A program made the position numbers and the translations under genes. The notes beneath the pieces are model-generated. The model did not search any database. It saw only the letters and a program-made list of their open reading frames with translations, and had not been told where the DNA came from. From Azolla caroliniana (lineage: Eukaryota; Plantae; Polypodiophyta), in assembly GCA_043228905.1 (NCBI GenBank), contig JBHGNT010000008.1:7006001-7070000 (forward strand): a stretch of 64,000 bases of DNA, given 5' to 3'. Positions 1 to 12,417 of the stretch are shown piece after piece (position 1 is the stretch's first letter; the number at the start of each line of letters is the position of its first letter).

Positions 1-779
1 ATTAAGAAATATCATATGATTTATAATAATTTTATATAGATAAACTAAAGTATACTGTATATGTATATGTAATTATTATCAATGGTGTGCTTGTGTAGAC
101 TTAAAGAGGCAATCATGCATTTGTCAAAACTATGTTATATATCCATATGCTCTAATATCAATGAACCATTCAAGCTCAACACCAATCTTCAATGTATCCT
201 TGTATATATATTGTTCTTGTAAATACATTGCCATTATTCTCTTATTTCCCTCTTTTTATTGTATTATTGTATTTGGTCTTCTTCTCGACTACAATCCTAC
301 ATTATTCTCTTTTTCCCCTCTTCATATTCTCTTTTAGGTTCGATTTTTTTCAACTATAGCAATGACATTAGGAAGGCCATTGTGTGCTAGGGATTGTGAA
401 GAAAGGGGTCAATATTGTTGATGATTTACATACAAGCAAACATTGGTCTTAGAGTATAAGGGACAAGTGTGACGCTTTGAAAAGAGGCAAAAGAGGAGAG
501 AGACAATTGAAAATAGTTTGAAAAAGCACAAATATGGTAAAAGCTATAAAAGGACTATTCTATAAGTCTTTAAGCTTCCTCCCGAGCTAGAGCTTAAGCC
601 TCTCCAAATCCTCCCCTCTTTAAGTTATAATAAATTAACCTTAATCTCATAAGACCCTAAACTTAAGCTTCCAAATTGACACAACTCACTATAATCAATT
701 GTTGTATGTTGGAGTTGTTACAGATTTGGTTCACAAAAGTAGGAAACGAGTGTGGAACCAAATTTAACCTAAGGAAATA

Positions 780-1310
780 AAGGAAATGAAGATTGCATTA
801 ATGAAGCCACTTGACATTATGGAAATACATAATGCACTTAGAGCTTTAAGCCTTATAACTTGTTCAAGGGAGGATGGAATTACTCTACGTATTTTCCTCA
901 AATATTGGGAATATATTGGAGAAGACTTAACGAAATCCTATCAAATAAATTTTTATACTTGATGTATGCCTAGTAATATGGTAGTTGGATTGATTTATTT
1001 TAATACCTAACACTGAGGATATATAGGATGATATCAAGAAATGGAGACTAATAACTTTATTTAATACAATATATATAAAAAATTGCAAAAGCATTATCAC
1101 TGAAATTGTAGCCTTTATTACATGATTTCATTCATGTCGCGCAAACATGTTTCATTCATGAAAGAAGTATTATGGATAATCTTTTCTTTTTTGGGAGGTT
1201 ATTGCCTTGGTCGATAATAGAAAGAGGATTTCACTATTTTGTTTTTGGATTATAAAAATGCCTATGATTGAGTTGATTGGGATTTCCTTCATGGTACTCT
1301 TTCAAGGGCA
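780..1310 (+). mobile_element. Decayed LINE reverse-transcriptase fragment
   Basis: Broken reading frames resembling LINE RT motifs, e.g. WRLITLFNTIY (~1040), GFI..RSIMDN-like (~1150) and LDYKNAYD*VDWDFL (~1245). Boundaries approximate. Confidence 0.6.
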
Positions 1311-1319
1311 AAGGTTTGT

Positions 1320-3335
1320 CGTTCCACGATGTTAAGTCGTTCTATTGGGGAGGATTAAGAATTGTTGATCCATTACAACAATCAAAACCAATGCTTATGA
1401 AATTGGTAAAATCACCTAACAAAATCCACAAACCCACAAGTGATTATTGATAATTGTGTTTTAAACATTTCACGAATCTTTTTGGGCAAGACTGTACTCT
1501 GAATGATGACATAACACACGTGTGATCGATGTTATTTAACTCAGTAAATGCGAGCGGTGGGCAACATGTCATGATTGCATTATAGTAGGATATAAAGGAA
1601 GAGGAGGTGGAATGTGTATTGTCACATCTTGCAATTGATAAATGTCTAGGTTGGGATGGCATTATGAATGAGTTTTTAAAGCCTTTGTATCCTAACAATT
1701 ATATTTTAAGAAGCATGGAGTTCTGGTAAAATGCCTGATTCATGGAAAATTAGTCTTGTTAAACTTATACCAAAAGTTGCATTTCTTATGTCATTTGCTC
1801 AGTGGAGACCAATATCATGAGTGGGTGGGATGTATAAGATTTTTGCCAAAGTAATTGCAAATAGACTTCAAAAGCTATTGTCGTCTATGGTCCATCCAAT
1901 GCAATATGGGTTTATTGAGGGAAGGGACATCCTGCATAATATTTTGAATGTGCAAATGGCAGTGGATTATGCAAAGAAATCCAAACAACAAATTGTAATG
2001 ATACAACTAGCCATCGAGAAGGCATATGATTATGTAAGTTGGTATTTTATTACTCGACTTATGTCTCATATGGGTTTTGGGGAAAGGATGTCTCGAATAT
2101 CTTTGTTGGTGGGATTAGGTGCAGTGTCACACATTATGTTAAATGGTGGAGTTACTAAGGCAATACCTTTGAAAATATCACTTAGACAAGGATGCCCATT
2201 GAGTCCATTATTATTTGCAATTGCTACACACTTGTTTTTGGTGAAGATGCATGAGTTGGCAACATGTGGGGAAATAGTTGGATTTGCTCTACCATCAAGG
2301 AAACAATTGATAGCACAAGCATTGGCTGATGATTCATTTTTATTTCTCAAAGCAGTCCCTCATAATATAGCTAAGCCATGGAGGTATGGAATGTCTTCGC
2401 ATTGGCGTAAAGATTACATATAAATATGCGAAAGTCGATGCTCATTAGATGCACTAAGAGTGATTTGGTTTTTCTTGGATGAGATGGCCAAATATAAGAT
2501 CAAGGGAACGTGTGTTGGCACTTAGGATACCCTATTGGTGTTGATATCTCATCGTCGCAAAGTTTGAATTGGATATTAGGGACCATTTTAGATATATTTA
2601 TATATTGTAAATCTCAAGCATGGCCCTTTAGTACTTATCTCAAAGTGGTACAAGCTATAATGATTCCAATGATTTCTTACTTTTTTCCATTATTACCGTG
2701 GACAAAGAAATTGCTTGATCATTTAGCTCGTTCACTTAAATATACACTATGGAAGAAAGAAACAAAACTTGGCATGAGTTGGGTATAATGGAACAATATA
2801 TGTACCTCAGGACGTTTAGGGGAGTTTCTTTACTAAATTTAGAAGATCACGTGATGGTTCGAAGATTCAATATTTTGAAAGGTATGTGCATAGGTACCCA
2901 ACCTTGGGCAGAAATAATTAGTTATTTTGTTGAAAAGGTTGGTATATACAATGGGAAAATGAGAATTACAGCTTCGTGGTGGCATGTTGTTAATAGTACC
3001 CGGACATTTAAATGTTCATAATCTATTATAGTTCAACAATTGGTGCTTTCTTGGCAACAATGTTTGAATTTGTTTAATTGGAGGCTTCCTGAATGCAGAA
3101 AATATATAAATTCCTTGGCATGAAAGGTGTTGGCAGCTTCAAGGATATTACATTGGGATAGAAAAGAAAGCTTGAATTCACAGTTCAATTGAATGGCAAG
3201 GCTAGGCTTGGTAACTATAGAAGATGGTATCTTAGAGTCATGTTGGAAAATGATGGCCTTTCGGACAATCAGAAATAAGTTTCATATACCACATGGATAT
3301 GGGTACATTTGGTAATCGATATTGGCATTGCCTAG
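1320..3335 (+). mobile_element. L1-type LINE, 5' part (RT domain), interrupted by copia A
   Basis: ORF 1821-2423 has YKIFAKVIANRL, QYGFIEGRDILHNI, IEKAYDYVSW, LRQGCPLSPLLF and ALADD. Frameshifted continuation in ORFs 2510-2788 and 2749-3021. Ends at the CCTAG TSD. Confidence 0.85.
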
Positions 3336-3710
3336 TGTAAAGAATTAGATGGATTCTGTGCAGCAGAAGAACTGTGTGTGTGTGTGTGCAGAGAGAGAGA
3401 GAGAGAGAGAGGGAGGGAGGGAGAGCTCACGATTACAGAAAATAAGACAAACTGTATTACAAGGAAGCAAGAATGACCAACAGTTACAAAGAGAGGGAGA
3501 AGGTGCTTATGTAGTCACCTTCTCTCTAAGTTCTCTCACTAGTATTGCCTCTTGGGAAAGAGGTCGTGTCTTAACTACTTAAAGAATACGTGTCATAGGA
3601 CATTAACTTCTATGACACGTTAGTTACTATACAATGAGGTGGGGTGTTGACACACTTTAGTATCCTAGAGTGTGTTCCCACTCACGAGAAGTTGAGTTTG
3701 ATTCTCAACA
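3336..3710 (-). repeat. 3' LTR of copia A
   Basis: Direct repeat of 14161-14513 with about 30 substitutions by eye plus microsatellite indels; adjacent to the PPT. Confidence 0.95.
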
Positions 3711-6367
3711 CGCCCCTTCAAACACAAGTTCCGGTCATTAGATCATCAGATGGTTGGTTCGGATTGGCTTAAACTTCAAATGGATGGTATACTCCTACTG
3801 CTCTGTACTCCCCCTCAAGCTCGGCTGGTCAATGGTCAAAAGACCTAGCTCGGTCGTAAACTACCGCAACTTGTCGACTCCCAGAGCCTTAGTGAAGATG
3901 TTTGTTGTCTGCAAGTTTGTGCTGATGTGTTGCAGGTCGATATCCCCGACCAGAACACACTCTCGGATGAAGTGATAGTGCACTTCAATGTGCTTTGTCT
4001 GAGCATGGAAGATTGGGTTCTGAGTGAGGTGGATACTGCTCATGTTGTCGCAGTAGAGAAGAATTGGATCCTTGATGGGAACGCCTAGATCCTTCAAGAT
4101 TCTCTTGAGCCAAATGTCTTCACACGCGGCTACGATCACGCCCCTGTATTCGACTTCGGTTCTTGACAGTGCGACTATCGATTGTTTCTTACTACTCCAC
4201 GATATGGTGCCACTACAAAGAGAATAAACAAATCTGGATGTCGATCATCAGTCAGCTCTGTAGCCGGCCTAATCGACATCGGTATAACCTTGGAGTCATA
4301 TTGGTGTGGCCAATTTGTAAAGGATGCCGAAATCCATGGTTCCACTCACACACCTTAGCACTCGCTTAGCACAATCAAGATGGATGTCTTACGGAGTTTG
4401 CATGAACTGGCTAAGGAGGCCAACCTGGTAACTCATGTCAGGTCAGGTAATTGTGAGGTAGATGAGGCTTCTGACTAGTTGACGATAGTGCGTCGGCTCA
4501 CACTCTCTAGTGTCTGAGTCAACATCTAGCTTTAGATTTCGATCGAGAGTAGTGACAGGCTTACACTGTGTCATCCCAAACTTGTGAAAATGATTGAGGA
4601 TATAGTGCTTTTGAGAAAGCATGATACCATCTGGAGTATGAATTACTTCTATTCCTAGAAAGTAATGGAGGTTTTTCATATCGGTCATTTCGAGTCGGCT
4701 AGAGAGGAGCTCCTTTATATGCTCAATATCCGCTAAATGATCTCCTCCCTGACCAAGTCATCCACATAAATGATGGTAAATACTTGTACTCTGGAGTCGC
4801 TCCGGATGAACAGAGAGTTGTCGGACCTGGACATGTTGAAGCCGATTTGGTGAAGATATTGCGTTATCTTCGAATGCCATGCTCTCGATGCCTGCTTCAG
4901 GCCGTAGAGAGGATTTTTGAGTCGGCAGACAATAATCGGATGTATAGTCAACACGAATCCAGGTGGTTGCACCATGTACACCTCTTCGTCTAACTCATCT
5001 TGTAGAAAGGCGTTCTTTACATCCATTTGGTGGAGGTGCCACCCTTTTGCTACTGCAAGCGCGATCACGGTTCGAATTGTAGTCATCTTTGCCACCGGGG
5101 CAAAGGTCTCTTCGTAGTCGACACCATGCGTCTGCATGTACCCCTTTGCCATAGGCCGGGCCTTGTACCGATGGACAGTGTCGTCAACGTTGTGCTTTAC
5201 CTTGAAGATCCATCGGCATCCAATTGCCTTTTGGTGGTTGGAAGAAGGGACAAAATCCCATGTCTCGTTCTTGGAGAGTGCTTACATCTCCTCATTCATC
5301 ACTTTGACCCATCTAGGGTCCTTAGCGGCTTCGGAATAGTTTTTCGGTTCTTAGACTGTCGACACCTTCATCATGAATGCATAATGATATGCCATGTAGT
5401 CGTTGTAGCCGAATCGACAAACTACGTTCTTTTCTCGGGTGGATCGACGTGGTTCTCTTGGTGTGCTTATGATGGGCACATCCAATCTACCAAACTCACT
5501 GTCAAATAAGTGAGTCGATTCATTTCCAGTGAGTCTTTGTACTCAGGCATTTTGGCCTTTCCTTTGTCCTGTTTCGGACTCGGTCGTGACGTGCTATGGT
5601 CGCCTTGAGGCTCTTGTGCTCCATTCAACCTGGTTGAGATTGGACTTCCCTCTTATGTGAACCTCAGTTGATCATCCTCCTCCGCATTTGTGTTGAACTC
5701 GGTTTTGATTGTGTCAGACGGGATTGATTCGATTGTATACCACGATGTTGACTCGTCGAATACTACATCTCTACTCACTCGTACCTTCTTGGTGGAAGGG
5801 TTGAAGCATTTATAGCCATTTTGCTCGAGTGAGTACCCTACTAGTATACATTTCTCCGACTTGAGATCGAGCTTTTGCCGCAGGTCGTCGGGAATATGAA
5901 CATATGCAATTGAACTGAATATCCTGACATGAGATAGATCCGATTTCTTCCCATAGAACTTTTCGCAAGGGGTAACGTTGTGCATTCTTGATTTTGTGTA
6001 ACGATTCATTAGATAAATGGTCGTATTCGCCGCTTCATCCAATATGACTTTAGCAAATGTTTTTCATTCATCATTGCCCTTGCCACCTCGAGTATGTGCC
6101 GATTCTTGCGTTCGGCTACTCCATTCTGCTGAAGTGTGTGTCAGCAAGTAAACTCCTATCGAATTCCTTCTTGTCGAAGGTATGTTGTAAAGGCGTCAGA
6201 GAAGTACTCATTGTCGTCGTCTGGTCGAAGACATCAGACATGCCGATCGGTTGCCTTTTCGATTTTGTTTTTGAACCTTTGGAAGTGTCCAAACACTTCA
6301 TTCTTCTACCGCATGGGGTAGATCCAGGTATCTCTGGAGAAGTTGTCAATGAACGTTACATAGTACC

Positions 6368-6554
6368 TGTCGAATACAAGTGTATAATGGACGTATTCAC
6401 ACTATCCCTTTGTATAGATCAAGTTTGGGCCATTTGTGTAATTAGCATAAATGGTAGTTGCCCTAAGTCGGTCACTATATATAGTGACCTTGTAACCTTT
6501 TTGTAAGGGTTGGTTGTATTATTGGTTCTATTGAATAGAAAGAGTCTTTTGTGC

Positions 6555-6591
<37 letters not shown>

Positions 6592-6677
6592 ACGATCTCA
6601 GAAACTGTCATACGCAGGTACTCAACTTCGAATCGAATGCTATTTGATCTTCCGCATTGACGGCCTTCTTCCCAACA
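6368..6677 (+). repeat. 5' LTR of copia B
   Basis: TGTCG...CAACA, followed by the PBS. Confidence 0.97.
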
Positions 6678-7364
6678 TTTGGTATCAGAGCGAAGGTTCC
6701 TCAACCCGCTGTCGGCCGTCGTCTCAGCCTGCACAACGTTCGGTTTCTTGCATCATTCGAAGAAGAGAGAAGAAGAAGAAAAACGAGGCTTGCATCTCAT
6801 CGCGTTAGATCATCTTCGCTTGGAGTAAGCCAGCCGGTTGTACTCTGTTCCTTGTGATCGTAACCGCTCGAGGTGAAATCCCCTTGTGCAACATTGACAC
6901 GATCGTGCTCCACTCGGTTAAACGGCATCCGAAGAGGTCATCAAACGCTGCTCGCCGCTCATTGTAACCACTCGGTGCAGATCGGTCTCAAGACAACAAC
7001 CCCAATTCGTGCTTCATCCGGCTGATCGACATTCGGGAGGATCAGTTGGATCCGTCTCTCTCGTCGCTGCAGTCACCCGAAGCAGAATCGGTCCAGACAA
7101 TCGGTTTCAATAATCGGTATTCGGCATATATATTCGGAAGCGAACCGGGCTCACTCAGACTCGGCAACATTCGGGAAGACCAGTCGGTTCTGTCCCTCAA
7201 GTTACCGGAGTCAATTCGAGCAAGTTCAACAATACATATATTCGAAGCCGAACCGATTCGGGTTCAAATCCGACTAGAACGATATCGGGTGAGCCAACCG
7301 GCTGCACTCCAACAAGGTTCGTAGTCAACTCCGAACCGAGCTTCGTCAACCGAAACCAAATTTG

Positions 7365-10300
7365 ATGGCATCAACATCCGGCTCGTCAGAAATGAGTCTA
7401 CGAAAGTTCGATGGATCGAACTTCAATTTCTGGAAGGAGCAAATGCAAGACTATCTCATAGTCAAGGGGCAAATCGATCCCATCGAAAATGAAGAACCTC
7501 CAGAAGGATACAAACCAATTGAGTGGCAGAAGCTGGACAGAATCGTTCGCGCCACGATTCGGATGCACCTATCGGAATCGGTATACTTTACGGTGCAATC
7601 GTGTACGACAGCATTCGAACTGTGGAAAACACTGTCGGACACCTACGAAAAGAAGGTCGCAGCAACAAAGATGTTTCTGATCCGGCGCCTCTACAACTTG
7701 CGGATGAAAGAATCAGATTCGGTTCAAGCACATCTCAATGAGTACGAAAGCATAAGCTCCCAAATCTCATCTCAGGGGACGGCAATCGAGGATGAACTCA
7801 GAGCAATGATACTCATGAGCAGCCTTCCCTCATCATGGGAAACTTTCGTCACAACCGTGTGCAATGCGTCAACCACGGCTGTTAAATACTCCGAAGTCAC
7901 GAGCGCAATCCTAACCGAAGCAGCTCGGAGAAAGTCTTTCGCCAAAGACTCAACAGACGACGCTTATGTAGTACAAGGTTCGACAGACCGATCGAACATA
8001 CGAGGAAGAGATTCCTCACGGCAGCCGAACAATCAGCGAAGACGGAGCCAGTCACGGGATAACCGAATCTGCAACTATTGCAAGAAACCCGGACACATCA
8101 AAGCCGACTGCCGCGCACTCAAGAACAAGAACGACAAGTCTCAGAAATCAGACAAGAAGAGTGGTCGGCATGAGGAGATCAATTACGTCAGCTTCTCAGC
8201 TGATGTGCTACCAAACGACCCGAATATACTATCAATCGAAAATCCAGTCGGATCAGAAGTTCTGCTCACGACTGAAGAATCGAGCACATGGCTCTTAGAT
8301 TCGGGCACGTCATTTCACGTGACTCCTCATCGATCCCAATTTCGGCAATATACGATCCGTCACTCCGACTCAGTTCGAGTCGGCAACTCGCAACACTGCG
8401 ACATCATTGGAATCGGCACAGTAGAGCTCAACCTTGCAGGTGGCTCTACACTTGTACTTCACAATGTCCGACATGTACCCGAGCTCTCAAGGCCATTGAT
8501 CTCAGTCGGACAACTAGATGAAGACGGCATTCGTGCCGGTTTTTCTTCGGGAGGGTGGACACTCCACAGGGGGAACCTCCTGCTTGCTAGAGGACCCAAG
8601 ATACACTCACTGTATCCGTTACATGTTACGCTCAGAGAGGGTAACCTGTTTTTGGTGGATATTCCTGTGTCATCACTATGGCACAGAAGATTAGGACACC
8701 TCAGCAAGGCCGGCATTACGCACCTATCTAGAGCCGGATACATCCCTAAACTCTCCTTCTCGGACCATCAATTCTGCGAACATTGCCAGTATGGCAAACA
8801 AGCAGCCGCATCACACCCGACATCAGCACCAAGAGAAACGAGACCTCTCGATCTAGTCCACTCGGACGTCTGTGGCCCAATGCCGCATCAGTCTCTCGGC
8901 GGTGCCTCTTACTTCGTCAGTTTTATTGACGATTCGACTCGAAAGGTGTGGGCTTATCCAATTCGCACCAAAGATCGTGTCTTCTCGATCTTCTCCGATT
9001 GGCTCGCTATGGTGAAAAATCAAACTGACCGAAAACTGAAATGCTTTCGGACCGACAATGGGGGAGAGTTCAAATCAGAAGAATTCGTCAAATTCTGCCG
9101 ACAACGCGGCATCCGACGTGAATTTACGGCACCACACAGTCCGGAGCAAAACGGGATTGCAGAACGCATGAATCGGACAATCCAAGAACGGATAGTTTCC
9201 ATGCTCCAACACTCCGGACTGTCGGATGGCTTCTGGGCAGAGGCTCTACTCATGGCAGTACACATAATCAATATGTCGCCAAGCAGACCTCTAGGACTTC
9301 AAATTCCTCAGGAACTATGGATCGGCAGTAAGCCGAATTACGACAAGCTGAGGATCTTCGGATGTGAGGCGTACGCCCTTATTCCGAAAGATGATCGCCG
9401 AAAACTTGCACCTCGGTCCAGGAAATGCATTTTCCTTGGATATGGATCAGACGGCGAAATGGGATACCGACTCTGGACCCCGAACGCAGACAAATCGTTC
9501 GAAGTTCGGACGTTGTGTTCAACGAGTCGGCTATGAATCCATCAGTCAAAACACCGATCGAAGTCCGAAGGGTAACATTTTCCGATGTGCCGACCCTTCA
9601 AGAAGGCCCCGCTCTTAACACACGGTCAGCTTCACGGGTAGCTGAACCTTACACTACCGACTCGGACAACTCCGACTCGGCACAGCAGAATAATTCGCTT
9701 TCGGACCATCCGACCTCGATACCCGATACGACCAGTCCAGTCATACCTCGACGATCCGAGAGACTGTCGCAACCTCCGGAGAGGTATTCTCCTGGAATTT
9801 TCTTCACCGACGCTGGCGAACCGACGTCTTACGAAGAAGCATCGACATCTGTCGATTCAGCCACCTGGCATCTGGCGATGGAGTCGGAAATGCACTCCAT
9901 TCGGGCAAACAAGACTTGGGATCTGGTCGAACTACCTAAGAATCGACGTGCTCTTCCTTGCAAGTGGGTTTATCGACTAAAAGAGACGTCTGATTCGACC
10001 ACCCCAAAGTACAAGGCCAGATTAGTTGCGAAGGGCTTCCGACAAGAATATGGCGTCGACTTCGACGAGATTTTTTCACCAGTGGTGAAAATGACAACCC
10101 TTCGTTTTCTACTCGGCGTAGTGGCAGCCGACAACTTGGAGCTGATTCAGCTAGATGTCAAAACAGCCTTCCTCCATGGTGATCTTGAAGAGGAAATTTA
10201 TATGGAGCAGCCAAAAGGCTTCGTGGCAACTGGCCAAGAACATCTAGTCTGCCGACTCAGGAAGAGTCTATACGGCCTCAAACAGGCACCGCGACAATGG

Positions 10301-11395
10301 TACAAGAAGTTCGACGACTTCATCCAATCGATCGGCTTCTCAAAAAGCGATGAGGACCATTGTCTTTTTACCAACACAGCTCAAGATGGATCACGCATCT
10401 TCCTCATCATTTACGTGGACGACATGCTAATTTCTGGACGCCACGCGGGCGAACTTGCCGATCTCGTTCGGCAATTGCGGTTGAAGTTTGCCATGAAGGA
10501 CCTCGGTCCGGCACGACACATACTTGGCATGAAGATTAGTCGGCATCGCGATAAACGACATCTTTTTTTGTCTCAGACCGACTATATCGGACGTGTCTTG
10601 GAACGCTTCAACATGCAATCAGCCAAATCTGCTTCAACCCCGCTCCCCATGAATCTTCGGCTCTCTCAGCGAGACTGCCCGACATCCGGTCCAGAGGGGG
10701 AAGATATGAAGTCGGTACCGTATGCACCGGCAGTCGGCTCCCTTATGTACCTGATGGTCGCGACACGGCCTGATATTTCTCATGCCGTAGGAGTCGTTAG
10801 CAGATTTATGCACAATCCTGGCCGATCGCATTGGAACGCAATCAAGCATGTGTTCAAATATCTGGCTGGCACAAAAGACCACGACATTCTTTTCGGTCCG
10901 AACCGAACCTCAGGCGTAGTCGGTTACACCGACTCGGACTTCGCCGGCTGTATAGACAGTCGGAAATCAACAACCGGATACTGCTTCAAATTCGGCAATG
11001 GAGCAATTTCGTGGAAGTCGAAACTTCAGGAGTGCACAGCGACCTCAACGACCGAAGCAGAATATGTAGCTGCGTCCGACGCTGCAAAAGAAGCTTTGTG
11101 GCTCGGCCGGCTGGCGCACACGTTTCGGCAAGTCGACCATGACTCGGCTCTAGTTGTCTATAGCGACAGTCAAGGTGTTGTTGCCTTGTCGAGAAATCCG
11201 GTTCACCACAACGCCTCCAAACATATCGACGTTCGATATCACTTCGTTCGGGACTGCGTCATCTCAGGGAAAATCGGTCTAGAGAAAATATCCACAACCG
11301 ACAATGTCGCAGATGGAATGACCAAGTGTCTTTCGGCAGACCGCTTTCGGTCCCTTCGGCCTCAGATGGGCGTAACGACAAACCAGTCCGGTTAG
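7365..11395 (+). CDS. Copia B gag-pol polyprotein with a single 1-bp frameshift near 9475
   Basis: ORF 7362-9536 has Gag, CCHC knuckle CNYCKKPGHIKADC, protease WLLDSGTSFH and integrase (HSDVCGP, TDNGGEF, NGIAERMNRT). ORF 9425-11395 has RT (QLDVKTAFLHG, YVDD) and RNase H (SKHIDVRYHFVRD). One missing G in CTCTGGACCC breaks YRLWDPERR. Confidence 0.93.
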
Positions 11396-11998
11396 AGCCG
11401 GACACAGCGCAGGATGGTTTCAGACAACCGACATCAGTTCCCTAATGATCGGCTTCAACTCTTCCGACCCGACCAGTCCGGTCTTCTGCCTGCTTCAAAT
11501 TCGGCAATGGAGCAATTTCGTGGAAGTCGAAACTTCAGGAGTGCACAGCGACCTCAACGACCGAAGCAGAATATGTAGCTGCGTCCGACGCTGCAAAAGA
11601 AGCTTTGTGGCTCGGCCGGCTGGCGCACACGTTTCGGCAAGTCGACCATGACTCGGCTCTAGTTGTCTATAGCGACAGTCAAGGTGCTGTTGCCTTGTCG
11701 AGAAATCCGGTTCACCACAACGCCTCCAAACATATCGACGTTCGATATCACTTCGTTCGGGACTGCGTCATCTCAGGGAAAATCGGTCTAGAGAAAATAT
11801 CCACAACCGACAATGTCGCAGATGGAATGACCAAGTGTCTTTCGGCAGACCGCTTTCGGTCCCTTCGGCCTCAGATGGGCGTAACGACAAACCAGTCCGG
11901 TTAGAGCCGGACACAGCGCAGGATGGTTTCAGACAACCGACATCAGTTCCCTAATGATCGGCTTCAACTCTTCCGACCCGACCAGTCCGGTCTTCTGC
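10981..11998 (+). repeat. 509-bp tandem duplication of the RNase H/3' UTR segment inside copia B
   Basis: 10981-11489 is repeated at 11490-11998, with one difference seen (T11178 vs C11687). Confidence 0.95.
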
Positions 11999-12097
11999 CT
12001 TCGGACCCTGCCGACTCGAACAAAACTGATATGTCCGAGAACCTAGGTTTATACCTGTAATCTTAGATAACCCATGTATACGCCCATTACGGGGGAG

Positions 12098-12284
12098 TGT
12101 CGAATACAAGTGTATAATGGACGTATTCACACTATCCCTTTGTATAGATCAAGTTTGGGCCATTTGTGTAATTAGCATAAATGGTAGTTGCCCTAAGTCG
12201 GTCACTATATATAGTGACCTTGTAACCTTTTTGTAAGGGTTGGTTGTATTATTGGTTCTATTGAATAGAAAGAGTCTTTTGTGC

Positions 12285-12331
<47 letters not shown>

Positions 12332-12417
12332 ACGATCTCAAAAACTGTCATACGCAGGTACTCAACTTCGAATCGAATGCTATTTGATCTTCCGCATTGA
12401 CGGCCTTCTTCCCAACA
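12098..12417 (+). repeat. 3' LTR of copia B
   Basis: Preceded by the PPT and followed by the GTACC TSD. Confidence 0.97.

Larger units (their letters stand above)
6368..12417 (+). mobile_element. Ty1/copia LTR retrotransposon B (Tnt1/Tork-like), very recent, nested in the integrase of element A
   Basis: LTRs 6368-6677 and 12098-12417 differ by one substitution and a 10-bp (CT)n length change. TSD GTACC at 6363-6367 and 12418-12422. PBS TGGTATCAGAGC 6680-6691. PPT GGGGGAG 12091-12097. The lineage call is an inference from motif resemblance. Confidence 0.97.

Noticed and set aside
7046-7324. Extra upstream ORF in the copia B leader
   Set aside because: Starts at TTG, is short and has no recognisable domain.
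9425-9536. Programmed frameshift in copia B pol
   Set aside because: No slippery heptamer, and the break is inside a conserved integrase-proximal motif; better explained as a 1-bp deletion or sequencing error.
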